Below, one piece after another: positions 61,853 to 64,000 of a stretch of 64,000 bases of DNA (position 1 is its first letter; every line of letters begins with the position of its first letter). This DNA is from Gammaproteobacteria bacterium. Its GTDB lineage: Bacteria; Pseudomonadota; Gammaproteobacteria; CAJXQU01. The stretch spans positions 1,408,001 to 1,472,000 of the forward strand of contig CBDEGZ010000003.1 in the NCBI GenBank assembly GCA_965238175.1, in the 5' to 3' direction. Under the pieces are notes generated by a model. That model made no database searches. It had not been told where the DNA came from and was given only the letters and a program-made list of their open reading frames with translations. Made by a program: the position numbers and the translations under genes.

Positions 61853-62299
61853 CTATTTTTGAGTATTTATGTGAGCAACAGTTTTTTTTACTGTGACTAT
61901 GATTTTTTGAGCATTCATATTTTTAAAGCTCAAGTTAAATTCAACCTGATCTTCTAATTTCAGCGATGTATTTTTCCCCATCAGCATCATGTGAACACCG
62001 CCAGGTGCAAGTTCAAAGCTGGAATGAGCAGGTATTATTATTTCATCTGCATGACGCATTTTTGCTAAGCCATCTTTTATTTCAGTTTTATGAAACATAA
62101 TGCTCTTAAAAGTGAGGCTATTCGCGTTTGTTAATATAATATCCTGATCAGTTGGATTTTTAAGTGTCATGTAAGCGGCTAATACATTTACTGTTGGTGG
62201 TGCTTCTCTTATCCAGGCATTTTCAATAATTAATAATTGATCAGCTTTTACGAAAAAAGATAATGAGGACAGGAATAAAATCAGGAAGGTTTTGGACAT
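61853..62299 (-). CDS. Copper chaperone PCu(A)C
   Basis: AWIRE, AAYM, H..E.....M, LAPGGVHMML. Confidence 0.9.
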   Translation of the reverse strand: MSKTFLILFLSSLSFFVKADQLLIIENAWIREAPPTVNVLAAYMTLKNPTDQDIILTNANSLTFKSIMFHKTEIKDGLAKMRHADEIIIPAHSSFELAPGGVHMMLMGKNTSLKLEDQVEFNLSFKNMNAQKIIVTVKKTVAHINTQK

Positions 62300-62300
62300 G

Positions 62301-62972
62301 TTAGTTTTGTTGATTGATAAACTCTGTAATTTGAAGATAACGTTGTTTGATATCTTCTTTGTCATGCGGCGTAGAGAAAATTCCTACTAATCTTGCTTTT
62401 GGATCAAGTAATAGTATTGCTGAAGAATGATCCATTAAATAATTTTCACTATCTGTCGAATTTTCATCTTTAACTTTCATATGCAAAATACCTAACTGTT
62501 TCATCAGTACTGTCAGATCTTCTTCTGAGCCGGTTAAGCCTGAAAATTCATTGTTAAAATAAGCAATATAATCAGCAAGGTGTTGTTGTGTATCTCTCTC
62601 AGGATCAACTGTCACAAAAATAACGTTCGGTTTTGTTTCTTCGTTAATTTTTTCATTTGTGGACAATTCTTCTACAACAGAATTAAGTAAAGTCATGGTA
62701 GTCGGACAGACATCGGGGCAGTGAGTATAACCAAAAAACATCATCGACCACTGGCCTTGCAAACTATTCTGATTGAATTCATCCGCATTTTTATCGACTA
62801 ATGAGAATGCAGAAATCTGTTTCGGATTTGGCCATAACAGTCCGGAAATATTAACAGGCGTTTGTTCGATGTTATTTGTCTTGTTGATATTTTGGTTGAT
62901 ATTCAGGGAAAACAGAATACCGCCAATCAGGGCGATGGCAGCAATTAGAATTGGGATGAGTTTAGAATTCAT
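62301..62972 (-). CDS. SCO1/SenC family protein
   Basis: FGYTHCPDVCP, VDPERD, MDHS. Confidence 0.93.
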   Translation of the reverse strand: MNSKLIPILIAAIALIGGILFSLNINQNINKTNNIEQTPVNISGLLWPNPKQISAFSLVDKNADEFNQNSLQGQWSMMFFGYTHCPDVCPTTMTLLNSVVEELSTNEKINEETKPNVIFVTVDPERDTQQHLADYIAYFNNEFSGLTGSEEDLTVLMKQLGILHMKVKDENSTDSENYLMDHSSAILLLDPKARLVGIFSTPHDKEDIKQRYLQITEFINQQN

Positions 62973-63114
62973 CAGCCCAATTATACTGACTATGTTATAT
63001 CTATGTAATCCTTTAGCGATGAAAGTCTGAAAGTTGGTAAAAGCTCTGAGGATCTAACATGCAGAGATCTAAAACGATCTCCTCATTAACAATAAACTCA
63101 TTAAATAAAATATA

Positions 63115-63846
63115 TCAAGGTGATTCAAGGATAATCCAGTCACTGATTACATTTGAAAGAGTTTGTACATTACCCCTATCCGTCTCGATACTTTTTCTCA
63201 CCTGGTAGAAAACCTTTTTTTCCCCTTCACCACTACTTAGGGTGAAGATGGGTGTTTTTTGATAATCTTGCCATTCGGAATCCTTAAAATCTGGATCTTC
63301 ACTAATTCGGTAATGAGTTGGCTGCCCTTGAATTTTAGGACTTAGTACAACTGTTCGGCTACTCGTGTTGCTGTGTCCTTTATCAAGATAAAGTCGGGTA
63401 ATTCTTAAATTGTAGTCAGTTGTTGTATACCCGTCAGGTGCATAATGGGTTTCTGGTGCGGGTGCATTACAAACAGGACCGAAACCGCCGCGAGATGATT
63501 TGATTACTCTGACAAGATCGATATGAATATTATGTAGTGGAACAATGTGTTGAGTCCCTTTACGCTGTTCACCCGAAACGGTCAGTAAGATAGACGTGTT
63601 TGGTAGAGGAGGAAGCGTTACATTACCGTTAGAATCGGTACGAAAAGCGCCAAATTGATTTACATCTGCAGTAGTTCCCGCACAGACGGCAATGTTACTA
63701 AGTGGTTGCGATTTATGCGCATCTTGCACATGAACTTTAAGATTGGCGGCATGTGCATTAGAATTTGTGAGTATTGCAAATATGGCGAACATAGCCAATA
63801 TAGTTGAAGAATTAGAAAGATGATGGAATATTATTTTTTTGAGCAT
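63115..63846 (-). CDS. Exported hypothetical protein (beta-sandwich-like domains)
   Basis: Signal ending AHA; TDSNG; YRISEDPDF...W..Y...FTLSSGEGEKKVFYQVR. Confidence 0.6.
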   Translation of the reverse strand: MLKKIIFHHLSNSSTILAMFAIFAILTNSNAHAANLKVHVQDAHKSQPLSNIAVCAGTTADVNQFGAFRTDSNGNVTLPPLPNTSILLTVSGEQRKGTQHIVPLHNIHIDLVRVIKSSRGGFGPVCNAPAPETHYAPDGYTTTDYNLRITRLYLDKGHSNTSSRTVVLSPKIQGQPTHYRISEDPDFKDSEWQDYQKTPIFTLSSGEGEKKVFYQVRKSIETDRGNVQTLSNVISDWIILESP

Positions 63847-64000
63847 ATTTATCTCTCTTTAATGATTCTTAAGTAATATTTGAATTGCTCAAGTTCGTAT
63901 TACTTGTACCAGTAATACGCTCTTATTTCTATTCTGCACAACAGGTTGGAGATTAGAGAGCCGAGTTGGGATATTCAATTGTTATTGGACTAACGTCAAT

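Overview
AT-rich gammaproteobacterial-type chromosome window with three zones. (1) 1-34.4 kb is an organosulfur/sulfur oxidation supercluster. It holds the 3' end of methanethiol oxidase (mtoX) with an SCO-MauG fusion, a MetX-like hydrolase, an ACAD-fold flavoprotein/PAS kinase/FixJ-type regulator module and a NorQ/NorD-like AAA+/VWA pair. It also holds an unusual AlkB/XylM-type membrane diiron monooxygenase operon (two truncated globins, a mini-ferredoxin missing from the ORF track, GST, XylA-like reductase, FadL channel), soxCDXYZAK-rhodanese-soxB, and pdo-sqr-sulP. A palindromic box TAcGtA-N4-TACGtA sits in the same promoter geometry upstream of the hydrolase, norD/Q-like, monooxygenase and sox units. 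The best candidate for an undescribed system is therefore a co-regulated AlkB-family monooxygenase for a volatile methyl-sulfur substrate such as DMS; this is inference, not demonstrated. (2) 34.5-43.1 kb is housekeeping: recN, nadK, hrcA, grpE, dnaK, dnaJ, dapB, with CIRCE and sigma32 sites. (3) 43.3-64 kb holds an ABC-dependent polysaccharide locus (sulfotransferase-coiled coil-GT2-GT2 protein, CDP-sugar genes), a pseudogene, an uncharacterised three-gene coiled-coil module, attC-like remnants, ttcA, cysH, psd and copper chaperones. All calls come from motif recognition by eye; no database searches were run.
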